Below, piece after piece: positions 40,734 to 51,526 of a DNA stretch of 64,000 nt. Source of the stretch: Bulleidia sp. (lineage in GTDB: Bacteria; Bacillota; Clostridia; Lachnospirales; Lachnospiraceae); the NCBI GenBank assembly GCA_963640245.1, contig CAVHYN010000042.1:4102-68101 (forward strand). Direction: 5' to 3'. The position numbers and the translations under genes were made by a program. Under the pieces are notes generated by a model. That model saw nothing but the letters and a program-made list of their open reading frames with translations, was not told where the DNA came from and did not search any database. Within the stretch, counting starts at the first letter, position 1; every line of letters starts with the position of its first letter.

Positions 40734-41813
40734 TTATCGCATGATGGTTCCGCCGCCGAGCACATAGTCTCCGTCATAAAAGACTACCGCCTGTCCCGGT
40801 GTAACGGCGCGGACGGGTTCTGTGAAATTCACGCGAACCAAATCCTCGCTCTCCCTGTGAATGATACAGGGGGAGCCTTTGTGATTATAGCGGATCTTCG
40901 CCAGCACTTCCCTGTCTTCCGGAAATTCTGCTTCGGACATATGATTCAGGCGATTTGCCAGAAGGGTTGTCGTAAATACATCCTCCTGCTCACCGATAAC
41001 GACCTCGTTGGTCTCCGGGCGAATCTCCGTAACTACAACTCTTCGCCCCATCGCAAGGCCGAGACCTTTTCGCTGTCCGATGGTATAATGAATGATTCCC
41101 TTGTGTCTGCCCAGCACCGTGCCGTCGGCCGTGACGAAATTTCCCTCTTTCGACGGCTCCCCGGTCGTCCTTTCGATAAAGCCAGCATAATCCTGATCCG
41201 GCACAAAGCAGATCTCCTGACTGTCCGGCTTTTTTGCCACACGAAAGCCAAGCTTCGCAGCGATTTCCCGGATCTGATCCTTCGAGTAGGCGCCCACCGG
41301 CATCAGCGTATGCGACAGTTGCTCCTGAGTCAGGTTGTAGAGGGCGTAGGTCTGATCCTTCGCTGCCGTGACAGAATTGCGGATCGCATAGCGACCATTC
41401 GAAAGCTTTTCTACCCGTGCATAATGCCCCGTGGCAATATAGTCTGCTCCGATGTCCAGGCTGCGCTTTAAGAGTGCCTCCCATTTCACATAACGGTTGC
41501 AGGCAATGCAGGGATTCGGTGTCCGCCCCGCCAGGTATTCTGCCACGAAGTAATCCATGACCGCTTCCTTGAAGTCCGCCTTGAAATTCATGACATAGTA
41601 GGGGATGTCAAGCTGAGCTGCCACGCGCCTCGCATCATCTACTGCAGACAGGCCGCAGCAGCCGCCATTTTCCTCCTGGGTGAACTCATCTTCATCCTGC
41701 CAGATCTGCATCGTCGCTCCGATGACCTCGTAGCCCTGTTCCTTTAAAAGATAGGCCGCCACGGAGGAGTCTACACCGCCGGACATTCCTACTACTACTT
41801 TTTTCTTTGACAT
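40734..41813 (-). CDS. mnmA: tRNA 2-thiouridylase
   Basis: SGGVDS, TPNPC, ATGHY, KDQTY, DSQEICF and PGQ motifs. Confidence 0.96.
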   Translation of the reverse strand: MSKKKVVVGMSGGVDSSVAAYLLKEQGYEVIGATMQIWQDEDEFTQEENGGCCGLSAVDDARRVAAQLDIPYYVMNFKADFKEAVMDYFVAEYLAGRTPNPCIACNRYVKWEALLKRSLDIGADYIATGHYARVEKLSNGRYAIRNSVTAAKDQTYALYNLTQEQLSHTLMPVGAYSKDQIREIAAKLGFRVAKKPDSQEICFVPDQDYAGFIERTTGEPSKEGNFVTADGTVLGRHKGIIHYTIGQRKGLGLAMGRRVVVTEIRPETNEVVIGEQEDVFTTTLLANRLNHMSEAEFPEDREVLAKIRYNHKGSPCIIHRESEDLVRVNFTEPVRAVTPGQAVVFYDGDYVLGGGTIMR

Positions 41814-41838
41814 TTTCTATTCTCCGGCAAGACCTTTT

Positions 41839-42282
41839 TTAGTAGTCCTCGCCCTCTTCTTCCTCGCCTTCATGGATATCAGACTTCGGCTTCTTCAGGC
41901 CTTCGATCTTGATGCCATGCTTCTCTGCATAATCCCAGAGTGCTGCATGAATGGCTTCCTCTGCCAGCAGGGAACAGTGAACCTTTACAGGGGGAAGTCC
42001 GTCCAGAGCTTCCATAACAGCCTTATTCGTAACCTCCAGAGCTTGCTGGATGGTCTTTCCCTTTACAAGCTCGGTGGCCATGCTGCTGGTAGCTACTGCA
42101 GCACCGCAGCCGAAGGTCTTGAACTTACAGTCCTGGATAACACCATTCTCATCGATGTCTAGGTACATCCGCATGATGTCACCACACTTTGCATTACCGA
42201 CTGTTCCTACGCCGCTGGCGTTCTCTATCTCTCCTACGTTGCGGGGATGCTGAAAATGATCCATTACTTTTTCGCTGTACAT
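41839..42282 (-). CDS. iscU: Fe-S scaffold NifU/IscU
   Basis: CGD, GCG and LPPVKVHC motifs. Confidence 0.93.
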   Translation of the reverse strand: MYSEKVMDHFQHPRNVGEIENASGVGTVGNAKCGDIMRMYLDIDENGVIQDCKFKTFGCGAAVATSSMATELVKGKTIQQALEVTNKAVMEALDGLPPVKVHCSLLAEEAIHAALWDYAEKHGIKIEGLKKPKSDIHEGEEEEGEDY

Positions 42283-42338
42283 AATTGATTTCTCCTCTAT
42301 TTCTAAATTATTTCATGCTAGCGCATCGTTTACATGAC

Positions 42339-43517
42339 TCATTGCTTACGCAGAAAGTCCTCGTATAACGGTGACATACTTCTCAGTCTGTCAATGATTC
42401 GCTTCAGGTTTTCCACTACAAAGTCCAGATCCTCTTTCGTAATCTCCTCGTTCAGAGTCAGTCTGAGGGAGCCGTGGGCAATCTCATGCGGCAGGCCGAT
42501 GGCCATCAGGACATGGGACGGATCCAGCGAGCCGGAGGTGCAGGCAGAACCTGAGGAACCGCAGATGCCTTCCATATCCAGCATGATGAGCAGGGACTCG
42601 CCCTCGATGAACCGGAAGCTGAAGTTTGCGTTGTTCGGAAGACGGGTAGTTCTGTGTCCGTTCAGCTTCGTATAAGGAATCTCCTTCAGGACGCGGTCAA
42701 TCAGGTAATCACGAAGCTCGATCTCCTTATCGGTACGCTCCTTCATCGTCGTCATGGCACGCTCGACAGCCTTGCCCAGTCCTACGATACCCGGCACATT
42801 CTCGGTGCCTGCACGGCGCTTGCGCTCCTGTGCGCCGCCATGTACAAAGGAACGAATCTTTACACCCTTGCGGATATACAAAAAGCCGATGCCCTTCGGG
42901 CCGTTCAGCTTATGACCGCTGGCACTCAGCATATCGATATGATACTCATCTACGTTGATGGGAACCTGACCGAAGGCCTGTACCGCATCGGTATGGAAAA
43001 GGATGCCATGCTCATGGGCAATCTCGCCGATCTCCTTGATGGGCTGAATAGTTCCAATCTCATTGTTGGCAAACATCACGGAAATCAGGATGGTATCCGG
43101 ACGAATGGCTTTTTTCAGCTCTTCGAGCTCTACAACACCGTCCTCGTCCACCGGCAGGTAGGTGATCTCAAAGCCATGCTTCTCAAGCCACTCGCAGGTA
43201 TGCAGGATCGCATGATGCTCGATCTTGGAGGTAATGATGTGCTTACCCTTACTCTGGTATGCCTCTGCTGTAGCCTTCAAAGCCCAGTTGTCTGACTCGC
43301 TGCCGCCCGCTGTAAAATAAACCTCTTCGGTCTGGGCACCCAAGGCATTCGCAATGGTCTCTCTTGCTTCGGTGATAGCCTTCTTGCTCTCGCCTCCCAG
43401 GCTATATACGGTAGAGGGATTGCCATAATGCTCTGTAAAGTACGGCAGCATCGCCTCTACAACCTCCGGCGCCGTCTTTGTGGTCGCCGCATTATCCAAA
43501 TAAATTAACTTTTTCAT
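42339..43517 (-). CDS. iscS: Cysteine desulfurase NifS/IscS
   Basis: YLDNAATT, SGHK and SSGSACTS motifs. Confidence 0.95.
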   Translation of the reverse strand: MKKLIYLDNAATTKTAPEVVEAMLPYFTEHYGNPSTVYSLGGESKKAITEARETIANALGAQTEEVYFTAGGSESDNWALKATAEAYQSKGKHIITSKIEHHAILHTCEWLEKHGFEITYLPVDEDGVVELEELKKAIRPDTILISVMFANNEIGTIQPIKEIGEIAHEHGILFHTDAVQAFGQVPINVDEYHIDMLSASGHKLNGPKGIGFLYIRKGVKIRSFVHGGAQERKRRAGTENVPGIVGLGKAVERAMTTMKERTDKEIELRDYLIDRVLKEIPYTKLNGHRTTRLPNNANFSFRFIEGESLLIMLDMEGICGSSGSACTSGSLDPSHVLMAIGLPHEIAHGSLRLTLNEEITKEDLDFVVENLKRIIDRLRSMSPLYEDFLRKQ

Positions 43518-43537
43518 CGTGCTATCTCCTTCTTTTA

Positions 43538-43999
43538 TTAGATACAGCAGGACGTGCTCTCGTTTGTCCCCGCCTCTTCTTTCATATTTTTGCTTTCTTT
43601 CACCAATTGATCCAGCTTCATCTCATCTACTGTGCGGTTGATGCTGTCATTGATCTTCTGCCAGACGTATTTCGTGACACAGAACTCTGAGCCGTCGCAG
43701 GAGCTTTCCTCCTCCAGTCCCGGGCATTTCACTGCATCCAGGCTTCCCTCCAGCGCTCTTAGGATATCTCCCACAGAGATCTCAGATGCCGGTTTTGCAA
43801 GCTTATAGCCTCCGCCCGCGCCCCGGACACTGGTTACCAGCCCTGCCTTTCGAAGCTTCGCAATCAGCTGCTCCAGATAACTTTCTGATATGTTCTGCCT
43901 GGCGGAAATGCTGGCAATGGACACCGTCTCATTTTCACTGTACAGAGCCAAATCAATCAACGCGCGAAGTCCATATCTTCCTTTTGTAGATAGTTTCAT
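43538..43999 (-). CDS. Rrf2-family regulator (IscR-like)
   Basis: STKGRYGLR and SVRGAGGGY motifs; three Cys (C...C...C) in the cluster-binding region. Confidence 0.9.
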   Translation of the reverse strand: MKLSTKGRYGLRALIDLALYSENETVSIASISARQNISESYLEQLIAKLRKAGLVTSVRGAGGGYKLAKPASEISVGDILRALEGSLDAVKCPGLEEESSCDGSEFCVTKYVWQKINDSINRTVDEMKLDQLVKESKNMKEEAGTNESTSCCI

Positions 44000-44015
44000 T
44001 CAGTCACCTCGCATT

Positions 44016-44078
44016 AAATTCCGAGCATTTTTGTCGGATTTCAGTTTTGATAATATCACTCAATAAGCCCCCTGTCAA
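44016..44078 (-). promoter_or_regulatory. isc operon promoter and Rrf2/IscR-type operator
   Basis: TTGACA(44078-44073)-17-TATTAT; imperfect palindrome AAATTCCGAGCATTTTTGTCGGATTT at 44016-44041. Confidence 0.65.
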
Positions 44079-44171
44079 CCCTCCTCAAAAATTTTTCGTG
44101 ACAATTTCACAGGGGTGCGTTATGATAGAAACAGTTCGCAATTACAATCTACAAACGAGGAGTTCGAAAAA

Positions 44172-45200
44172 ATGTCATTTGATTTCAAGCAAAAGCTGCC
44201 CACCCCGCAGGAAACCCGTGAGCTGTATCCGGTTCCGGAACGGGTCGCGCAGATTAAGAAAGAGAGAGATGAAGAGATCCGTAAGATATTTACCGGAGAG
44301 GATGACCGCTTCATCGCCATCATCGGCCCCTGCTCTGCCGACAATGAAGAGGCAGTCTGTGACTATGTACGCCGTCTGGTTCCGGTGCAGGAGAAGATTA
44401 AGGACAAGGTCTTAATCATTCCCCGCATCTATACCAACAAGCCCCGTACCACCGGTGACGGCTACAAGGGAATCATGCATCAGCCGGATCCGGAGAAAAA
44501 ACCCGATCCGCTGGCCGGCATCATTGCTCTGCGCCACATGCACATCCGCGCCATCGAGGAAACCGGCCTGACTGCGGCCGACGAGATGCTCTACCCGGAG
44601 AACCTGCCCTACGTGGAGGACTTTCTTTCCTATATCGCCATCGGTGCCCGCTCGGTCGAAAACCAGCAGCATCGCCTGGTATCCAGCGGAATCAACATGC
44701 CCGTCGGCATGAAGAATCCCACCAGCGGTGACTTTTCTGTCATGCTGAACTCCGTTCATGCGGCACAGAACGGCCATTCCTTCATCTATCACGGCTGGGA
44801 TGTTCAAACCAGCGGCAATGACCTGGCTCATGTCGTTCTTCGCGGTGCGGTCAATGAGCGCGGTGTCTCCCTGCCGAACTACCATTATGAGAATCTTCGC
44901 AATCTCTGCAATCTCTACGCACAGAGAGAGCTGAAGAATCCGGCCTGCATCGTCGATGCCAACCACAACAACTCCAACAAGCAGTTCAAGGAGCAGATCC
45001 GTATCATCAAGGAAGTTCTGCACAGCCGTTCCTGCGCAGACGACATCCGAAAGATGGTAAAGGGCGTCATGATCGAGAGCTACATCGAGGAAGGCAATCA
45101 GGGCATTCATGACCATATCTATGGCAAATCCATCACCGATGCCTGCCTTGGCTGGGAGGATTCCGAGCGACTGCTTTACGAGATCGCAGAGCGGTGCTAA
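44172..45200 (+). CDS. 3-deoxy-7-phosphoheptulonate (DAHP) synthase, class I
   Basis: GPCS, KPRT, IGARS, GMKNPT, LRG and KSITDACL motifs. Confidence 0.93.
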   Translation: MSFDFKQKLPTPQETRELYPVPERVAQIKKERDEEIRKIFTGEDDRFIAIIGPCSADNEEAVCDYVRRLVPVQEKIKDKVLIIPRIYTNKPRTTGDGYKGIMHQPDPEKKPDPLAGIIALRHMHIRAIEETGLTAADEMLYPENLPYVEDFLSYIAIGARSVENQQHRLVSSGINMPVGMKNPTSGDFSVMLNSVHAAQNGHSFIYHGWDVQTSGNDLAHVVLRGAVNERGVSLPNYHYENLRNLCNLYAQRELKNPACIVDANHNNSNKQFKEQIRIIKEVLHSRSCADDIRKMVKGVMIESYIEEGNQGIHDHIYGKSITDACLGWEDSERLLYEIAERC

Positions 45201-45218
45201 TACAAAATAGTTGTTACG

Positions 45219-45256
45219 AAAAAGAGATTCCTGCGTTTTGCAGGAATCTCTTTTTT
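45219..45256. terminator. Bidirectional terminator
   Basis: AAAAGAGATTCCTGC-GTTTT-GCAGGAATCTCTTTTT. Confidence 0.8.
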
Positions 45257-46128
45257 TATCCTCTCGGATGTGCCTTCGCATATATTTCCCTTGCCCTGGC
45301 TGCATATACCATCGTTGTAGAGATATCAGAATGACCAAGCATCTCCTGCACGACATGCAGATCTGCTCCATTTTCCACCAGATGTGCTGCAAAGGAGTGA
45401 CGCAGGGTATGGGGTGTAATCTCCATCTCGATACCTGCCTGCTTTACATACTGCTTCAACAGCTTCCAGAAGCCCTGGCGGCTCATGCCTTCACCGGAGC
45501 AGTTTGGAAAGAGCATGTCGCACTTTTTCTCACCTACCAGCTGCGCGCGTGCTTCCTTCAGATAGGACTCCAGCGCCTTCTTTGCTTTTGGTCCGAAGGG
45601 AATGATCCGCTCCTTATTCCGGTCACGGCAGACGATATAATCCAGCTTCCAGTTCACGTCCTCGAGCTTTAGGGAAATCAACTCTGTGACGCGGATACCG
45701 GTCGCGTATAAAAGTTCCAGCATAGCCGTATCACGGAGTCCCTTGGTCGTGCGATCTCCGGGCTGTTTGAGCAGACGCTCTATCTCCTCCACCGACATAA
45801 CCTCAGGAAGCTTTTTCTCTACCTTCGGGGCTTTCAGTTTCTCCGCCGGATCGCTGTTTATACTTCCTTCTTTCCAAAGATACAGGTAAAATCCCTTCAT
45901 CGATGCGATATTTCTCGAAACGGTCGCTGCCGACATTCCATTTTTTTCCAAATCCAGAATATAAGAATTTAAGGCTGTCTCCGTTACCTCAGCGGCCTTC
46001 TCCACCTTCTGTTTCTGGAGAAAATGCATCATTTTCAGGAGGTCTCTCTGATAAGAAAGCTCTGTATTCCGGGATGTCTTTTTTACATTGTGCAAATAAG
46101 ACATAAATCCATTAATTTCTTGTTCCAT
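45256..46128 (-). CDS. xerD: Site-specific tyrosine recombinase XerD
   Basis: YATGIRVTEL, HTLRHSFA and LGHSDISTT.Y motifs; chromosomal context. Confidence 0.85.
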   Translation of the reverse strand: MEQEINGFMSYLHNVKKTSRNTELSYQRDLLKMMHFLQKQKVEKAAEVTETALNSYILDLEKNGMSAATVSRNIASMKGFYLYLWKEGSINSDPAEKLKAPKVEKKLPEVMSVEEIERLLKQPGDRTTKGLRDTAMLELLYATGIRVTELISLKLEDVNWKLDYIVCRDRNKERIIPFGPKAKKALESYLKEARAQLVGEKKCDMLFPNCSGEGMSRQGFWKLLKQYVKQAGIEMEITPHTLRHSFAAHLVENGADLHVVQEMLGHSDISTTMVYAARAREIYAKAHPRG

Positions 46129-46203
46129 CTATCTATATGCCCCTCAGCTTCACCCTGTCCTGCCGCCACCTTCTCGAATTTTGGCGGCAAGCTTGTAAAG
46201 TAC

Positions 46204-46232
46204 ATTATAGACAGAAATGCTCGGAAAATCAA
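46204..46232 (-). promoter_or_regulatory. xerD promoter
   Basis: TTGATT-17-TATAAT on the minus strand. Confidence 0.6.
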
Positions 46233-46284
46233 TCATGTTTTTTAGAAACTTAGTAACTGTAAAGCTACTGAAGCGTTACTAAGC

Positions 46285-47082
46285 TTATTTGATTCCTTCG
46301 GATTTTTCATAGCAGGCGGTACAAGCCTTGAGAATCGCTCCACGGAAGCCAGACTGTTCGAGAGCGGCTACACCGGCAATGGTCGTTCCCCCCGGTGAGC
46401 ATACCTTATCTTTCAGGGCTCCCGGATGCTCTCCGGTTTCCAGCACCATCTTTGCCGCACCGGCCACGGCCTGGGCTGCAAAGGTATAAGCCTCTGCCCT
46501 CGGAAGGCCATAGGCTACTGCCCCGTCTGCCAGAGCTTCGATGAACTGATAGACATAGGCCGGTGAGCTTCCGCTGGCGCAGACTACTGCACTCATCATC
46601 CGTTCTTCCACATCTGCATATTTTCCAACGGCACCGAAGATCCGGTGAATGGTATCGATCTCCTCCTGTGAAAACTCCTCTGCCTGATACGAAAGTCCGG
46701 TCATTCCCTCTCCTATCAGAGCCGGTGTATTTGGCATCGCCCGGACGATTCTCCGGTCAGAGCCGAGAGCTTCCTTCAAGCTTGCTATCGTGATGCCGGG
46801 TGCCAGAGAAATCACCACATGATCCGGAGTCACGGCATAGCGGATCTGCTTCAGCACCGATGCATAATATTGCGGTTTTACCGCCAGAATCAAATATTTG
46901 CAGCTATTTGCGCATTCTGCATTGGATTCTGCATAAACTACCTCTGTCTTTGCATGGATCCGATGTCTGGTCTCCGGAGTCTTGGCCGTAAAAATCAGCT
47001 TTTCTGCCGGAAACTCCTTCATGACACCCTTTAAGAGGGCATAGCCCATATTTCCCATCCCGATAAATCCTATCTCTGCCAT
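46285..47082 (-). CDS. proC: Pyrroline-5-carboxylate reductase
   Basis: GMGNMG, AVKPQ, RAMPNTP, SGSSPAY and VCSPGGTT motifs. Confidence 0.95.
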   Translation of the reverse strand: MAEIGFIGMGNMGYALLKGVMKEFPAEKLIFTAKTPETRHRIHAKTEVVYAESNAECANSCKYLILAVKPQYYASVLKQIRYAVTPDHVVISLAPGITIASLKEALGSDRRIVRAMPNTPALIGEGMTGLSYQAEEFSQEEIDTIHRIFGAVGKYADVEERMMSAVVCASGSSPAYVYQFIEALADGAVAYGLPRAEAYTFAAQAVAGAAKMVLETGEHPGALKDKVCSPGGTTIAGVAALEQSGFRGAILKACTACYEKSEGIK

Positions 47083-47168
47083 CGAAACTTCCTCCTTGTC
47101 TAAAAATGTGCCTTGGCACATTCTCTGATGATTCAAAAAAGGATGCCGCATTGCGACATCCTTCGTCT

Positions 47169-48710
47169 TTATTTCGCGTAATCTGTTACCCGGCTTTCGC
47201 GGATAACATTTACCTTAATCTGACCCGGATATTCCAGCTCTGCTTCAATCTGCTTGGAAATATCTCTTGCCAGCAATACCATGCTGGCGTCATCTACCTG
47301 ATCCGGAACTACCATTACACGAATCTCTCTGCCTGCCTGAATAGCAAAAGACTTATCTACGCCCTTAAATCCATTGGCGATATCCTCTAACTGTTTTAAT
47401 CGATTGGTATACGTCTCCAAGGTCTCTCTGCGGGCACCCGGACGGGCTGCGGAAATCGTATCTGCCGCCTGTACCAGACATGCGATCAAAGAGGTCGGTT
47501 CGGTATCACCATGATGGGACTCTACCGCATTGATGACAATCGGTGACTCCTTATACTTTCTGCACAGATCCGCACCGATCTGGATATGGGATCCCTCCAC
47601 CTCATGGTCGATGGATTTTCCGATATCATGCAGCAGTCCGGCGCGCTTTGCCATGCGGACATCGACGCCTACCTCGCCTGCCAGAAGCCCGGTCAGGTGT
47701 GCTACCTCGATGGAATGCTTTAAGGCATTCTGTCCATAACTGGTACGGAATTTCATTCTTCCGAGAAGCTTGACAAGCTCCGGGTGAATGCCATGGACGC
47801 CTACCTCGAGTACGGCAGCCTCGCCTTCCTCGCGGATCTTGGTCTCCACTTCCCGCTGCGCCTTCTCTACCATCTCCTCGATGCGTGCCGGATGAATCCG
47901 GCCGTCTACGATAAGCTTTTCCAGCGCAATCCTTGCCACCTCGCGGCGAATGGGATCGAAGCCTGACAAAATGACTGCCTCAGGTGTATCGTCGATGATC
48001 AAATCGATACCTGTCAGGGTCTCGAGAGTACGGATATTCCGTCCCTCACGGCCGATGATTCTTCCCTTCATCTCATCGCTGGGAAGCTGTACCACAGAAA
48101 TCGTAGTCTCTGCCACATGATCGGCAGCGCATTTCTGAATGGCCGTCACCACATATTCCTTTGCCTTTTTGTCTGCTTCTTCTTTTGCCCTGCTCTCCAA
48201 TTCCTTGACGAGCACGGCGGTTTCATGTTTTACTTCGTCTTCAACAGTTTTTAATAAATAATCTTTTGCTTGTTCGGAGGTAAGGCCAGAGATTCTTTCC
48301 AGTTCCTGTACTCTTTTTTCCTGAAGCTTGTTCAACTCAGTTTCCTGCTTTGCCAGCTTCTCTTCTTTGGCCGCATAGCTTTGCTCACGGCGTTCCAAAG
48401 CATCTGATTTCTTGTCCAGAGTTTCCTCTTTGGCAAGCACTCTCCGCTCATAACGCTGCAGCTCTGCCCTGCGTTCCTTGGTCTCTTTTTCCAACTCGTT
48501 CTTTGACTTCATCGACTCTTCCTTCGCTTCCATCAAAGCCTCGCGCTTGGACCGTTCTGCCACCTTCAATGCATCATCGATGATGGTTCTTGCTTTTTCT
48601 TCCGCATCTCCTATCTTTTTCTCGATAGTGTTCTTGCGTACGACACTTGTCACAACAGCCGTCACCACGATACATACGACCGCGACGATAATCGGAACAT
48701 AAAACGGCAC
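47169..48710 (-). CDS. rny: Ribonuclease Y
   Basis: N-terminal TM, coiled coil, [14 protein letters not shown] motif LHDIGK. Confidence 0.96.
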   Translation of the reverse strand: MPFYVPIIVAVVCIVVTAVVTSVVRKNTIEKKIGDAEEKARTIIDDALKVAERSKREALMEAKEESMKSKNELEKETKERRAELQRYERRVLAKEETLDKKSDALERREQSYAAKEEKLAKQETELNKLQEKRVQELERISGLTSEQAKDYLLKTVEDEVKHETAVLVKELESRAKEEADKKAKEYVVTAIQKCAADHVAETTISVVQLPSDEMKGRIIGREGRNIRTLETLTGIDLIIDDTPEAVILSGFDPIRREVARIALEKLIVDGRIHPARIEEMVEKAQREVETKIREEGEAAVLEVGVHGIHPELVKLLGRMKFRTSYGQNALKHSIEVAHLTGLLAGEVGVDVRMAKRAGLLHDIGKSIDHEVEGSHIQIGADLCRKYKESPIVINAVESHHGDTEPTSLIACLVQAADTISAARPGARRETLETYTNRLKQLEDIANGFKGVDKSFAIQAGREIRVMVVPDQVDDASMVLLARDISKQIEAELEYPGQIKVNVIRESRVTDYAK

Positions 48711-48811
48711 AGGAGCACCTCCTTTATTTAATTTTCATTGTACAAATATAACCCGTTTGACACGCTTATTTTTATAAGTTTTGCCGATTAGGAATAACAT
48801 ACAACTATTAA

Positions 48812-48840
48812 ATTTTATACTTATTTCGTCTTCCTGTCAA
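48812..48840 (-). promoter_or_regulatory. rny promoter
   Basis: TTGACA-17-TAAAAT on the minus strand, a few nt from the end of the pilus island. Confidence 0.7.
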
Positions 48841-48847
48841 GCAATAG

Positions 48848-49504
48848 TTATGCCCGATGCGATTTGCGTCTTGCCTGCTTCAGGAGAAAAAAGAGGCCGG
48901 TTACTCCCAGGAGAAAAGCTCCGCACCAAAGTTCCGGTCTGTTTTCATCTCCGGTCTGAACTGCGCTTTCGGTCGATGTCGGTGTCTTTTTGTCCGTGGT
49001 TTGTGATGTCGATCCGGATTTCTTTTCATTGGTCACGGATTTCTTTTGCGCGGGGTCTTTAAAACGAATCACATCTGTCTTGGCTCCGTCTTCCTTATTT
49101 TCCCGGATTGCTGTCGTAACGGTAAGCTTATCTCCTTCTGCATAATAAGCCGAGATATGCAGGTAATAAAGACCGACCTGTGTTCCGTCTTCTCGTTTCA
49201 GGGAAAGCTTGTAGGTATAGTCGCCTGGCTTTTCATATAGAATCGTAGGAAGGCTGTCAATGCTTGCTTTTTTACTGACCTTTACCTGATAGCTTTTGTC
49301 ACTTCCCTTTGGCATGGGAGAATCCGACGTCATCCCTTCCAGACTCAGTAGATAGGTTTCATCTTCTCTTAAGCCTTCCTCGCCCCAGGAAATCGTAAGC
49401 GGCAGCGTAAGTTCATTAGCAGCAGACGCATCCGCAAAAGAGCCTATCATAAAAGCCAGAATACACGCTAATAAGGGCGTGACTAGAAAGCTTATCTTTT
49501 TCAT
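48848..49504 (-). CDS. Sortase-anchored small (basal/ancillary) pilin
   Basis: Signal peptide, one Ig-like pilin domain (YEKPGDYTYK), S/T/K-rich linker, VQTGD motif + TM + basic tail. Confidence 0.75.
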   Translation of the reverse strand: MKKISFLVTPLLACILAFMIGSFADASAANELTLPLTISWGEEGLREDETYLLSLEGMTSDSPMPKGSDKSYQVKVSKKASIDSLPTILYEKPGDYTYKLSLKREDGTQVGLYYLHISAYYAEGDKLTVTTAIRENKEDGAKTDVIRFKDPAQKKSVTNEKKSGSTSQTTDKKTPTSTESAVQTGDENRPELWCGAFLLGVTGLFFLLKQARRKSHRA

Positions 49505-49508
49505 TTTC

Positions 49509-50249
49509 TTACCTCTCATAGTGCCACAGTACAACGATCCGTTCCTCCTCTTTTTCCGAGGAACAAGTGCTAAGAGCCAGAATACTATTGCGCTCCCTGT
49601 CTTTTTCTATCTCGTACAGAAGTTCCTCGTGGGCCAAAACAGCATCTGACATAGCTTCCGTTATCAGCTGCTCGGATTCTGTCTCCCACTTTTCCGGTTC
49701 AAAGAGAACCGAACTGCCTGCATCCGCTTTAATCACCGCCAAAAGCTCCAAGGAATAGGTCTTTCCCGGAATCATCAGCGTTCCTGTATGATGCTCCTTC
49801 GAAAAATCTTCATCCAGATAGAGATCCAAATCTCCAAACATTCTGTGCTTCTCCATATGATGTCCGTAAACCAGCTCATAGAAGCTCTGAAAAGTTTTAT
49901 CGCAGCGAACATCCAGGAAGATACTTCCTGCCAGAGCATACTCTCCATAGGCATTCAAGTTTAAATATTCCAGATTATCTTCACCCTGGAGAATAGGTTC
50001 GTCAATAGCTGTCCCCTCCAACGTCACCCAGGCTGCTACATCCGGATTGATAGCTAGAAGTTCCTCAAAGGAGGGACTCTCTTCCTGCGGGCGAAGTTCT
50101 CCCACCCTTTTCTGAAAATCTCCGGCTTCGTCGTAGATCTGATTGTTATCCCAGATGCAATAAATGCAATAGAGGGCTGCTGTCAGTAAGGTTAGGCCTA
50201 TCACCAGATCCAGAATCTTATTCAGAAGCTTTCGCACGCATCGCTCCAT
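49509..50249 (-). CDS. srtB: Class B sortase
   Basis: INPDVAAW, GSIFLD, YGHHM...MFG, LSTC and ERIVV motifs. Confidence 0.9.
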   Translation of the reverse strand: MERCVRKLLNKILDLVIGLTLLTAALYCIYCIWDNNQIYDEAGDFQKRVGELRPQEESPSFEELLAINPDVAAWVTLEGTAIDEPILQGEDNLEYLNLNAYGEYALAGSIFLDVRCDKTFQSFYELVYGHHMEKHRMFGDLDLYLDEDFSKEHHTGTLMIPGKTYSLELLAVIKADAGSSVLFEPEKWETESEQLITEAMSDAVLAHEELLYEIEKDRERNSILALSTCSSEKEEERIVVLWHYER

Positions 50250-50257
50250 TTTCTGGA

Positions 50258-51430
50258 TTAATCCTCTCTTCGATGATGGTTTTTGGTCACAAGGAATAAG
50301 GAAGCTGCTGCAATTCCAAGTAAAGCAAGGATGTAGGGCAGATTTGAGAGGATAATGCCGGTATCGATGGCACCTTCTTTATGATTAACAATTTTAACAG
50401 ATGGATTCATAATTCCGCCTGCTTCTGTATCTGCCACTGTTCCGGTTACAGTATTCCCAGAAACTGTTGTTCCATTCAGCGAATAATCAGGATTATCATA
50501 GCCATCAGCTTTGGTTTCCTTCACCGTATAAGTGACTCCCTCCGGGATATTGGAGAAGGTGACCTTTGTTCCATGCTTTACGTAAATTGTGGCAGTCAGT
50601 TCAGAAGAACCATCAGCTTCCAGTGTCAGTGTAGTAGGATTCGTGGTAGTTGCGGGATTTTCTGTCGTAATCGTGATGGGTGCCTTGATCTTCTTTGTAC
50701 CTGCATGAAAGGTCACGGTCACAGTAAATTCTTTGTCCCGATCTCCCATATTACCTGTAACCTGTTTTTCGATAGTCAGGGTTCCTGCGGAATAAAAATT
50801 TGTAATGCTATCTTTTTTTGCTAATTTTCCTGTGGCATCAACACTCATTAGCTTTATATTTCCAATGCCGAGAGCTCCTGTCGCATCATCTCGGACAACT
50901 GCAACCTGCAGCACGCAGGCATCGCTGCTGTAGGTAACACCTGCTGTATCTCCCTGCGTCTCCTGGAATTCATAATAGTAATAGCCGACGCTGGGGTAAG
51001 CACTCGCTTCGGGTGGAGTGATTTCGACTGATTTTTCTACAGGGTTCAAAGAAGCAGCCGTATATTTCACTTCCCCTTCCGTATAGTTTGCCATTCCAAG
51101 AGCCAGCGTTTTTACACTATCCAAAGCTAATTTCGTTGCATCATCGAGTGTTTCATAAGTTATGATACTATCCAGATTATCCGTATCGTTATACTTCGTA
51201 CAGGAGATCGCATACAAGGTCGCCTGATTGTTCACCGGAGTGGTATCTGTACTCTGAAAGCTAAAGCTTTCTGCTGGGGCAGAGGCTCCGCTCTGTGCAT
51301 TATCTTTCAAGCTGTAGGATTTTTCAAAAGTAAAATTACTTCCCTCTGCCTGTACTTCCCCATAGTTTCCGAAAGCCAGCATGCCAGCCAGCAAAAAGCT
51401 CATCATTCCAACTACTATTTTCCTTTTCAT
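50258..51430 (-). CDS. Backbone pilin (Spy0128/FctA-like isopeptide domains)
   Basis: Signal peptide; GYYYYEFQETQG..AGVTY; LTIEKQVTGNMGD; YTVKE; IDTGI sorting motif + TM + basic tail. Confidence 0.8.
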   Translation of the reverse strand: MKRKIVVGMMSFLLAGMLAFGNYGEVQAEGSNFTFEKSYSLKDNAQSGASAPAESFSFQSTDTTPVNNQATLYAISCTKYNDTDNLDSIITYETLDDATKLALDSVKTLALGMANYTEGEVKYTAASLNPVEKSVEITPPEASAYPSVGYYYYEFQETQGDTAGVTYSSDACVLQVAVVRDDATGALGIGNIKLMSVDATGKLAKKDSITNFYSAGTLTIEKQVTGNMGDRDKEFTVTVTFHAGTKKIKAPITITTENPATTTNPTTLTLEADGSSELTATIYVKHGTKVTFSNIPEGVTYTVKETKADGYDNPDYSLNGTTVSGNTVTGTVADTEAGGIMNPSVKIVNHKEGAIDTGIILSNLPYILALLGIAAASLFLVTKNHHRRED

Positions 51431-51526
51431 CTTAGTCCCCCACATTTTGCATTTCCATATCACTTTCATAAACCCCAAGCAGCTAGTGCTTAGGGCTGCA
51501 CTACTGTATCGTTACTTATAGTTTAC

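Noticed and set aside
45256..46128. Tyrosine recombinase as the integrase of the pilus island
   Set aside because: XerD-like size and motifs, separated from the island by proC and rny, and no att-like repeats seen.
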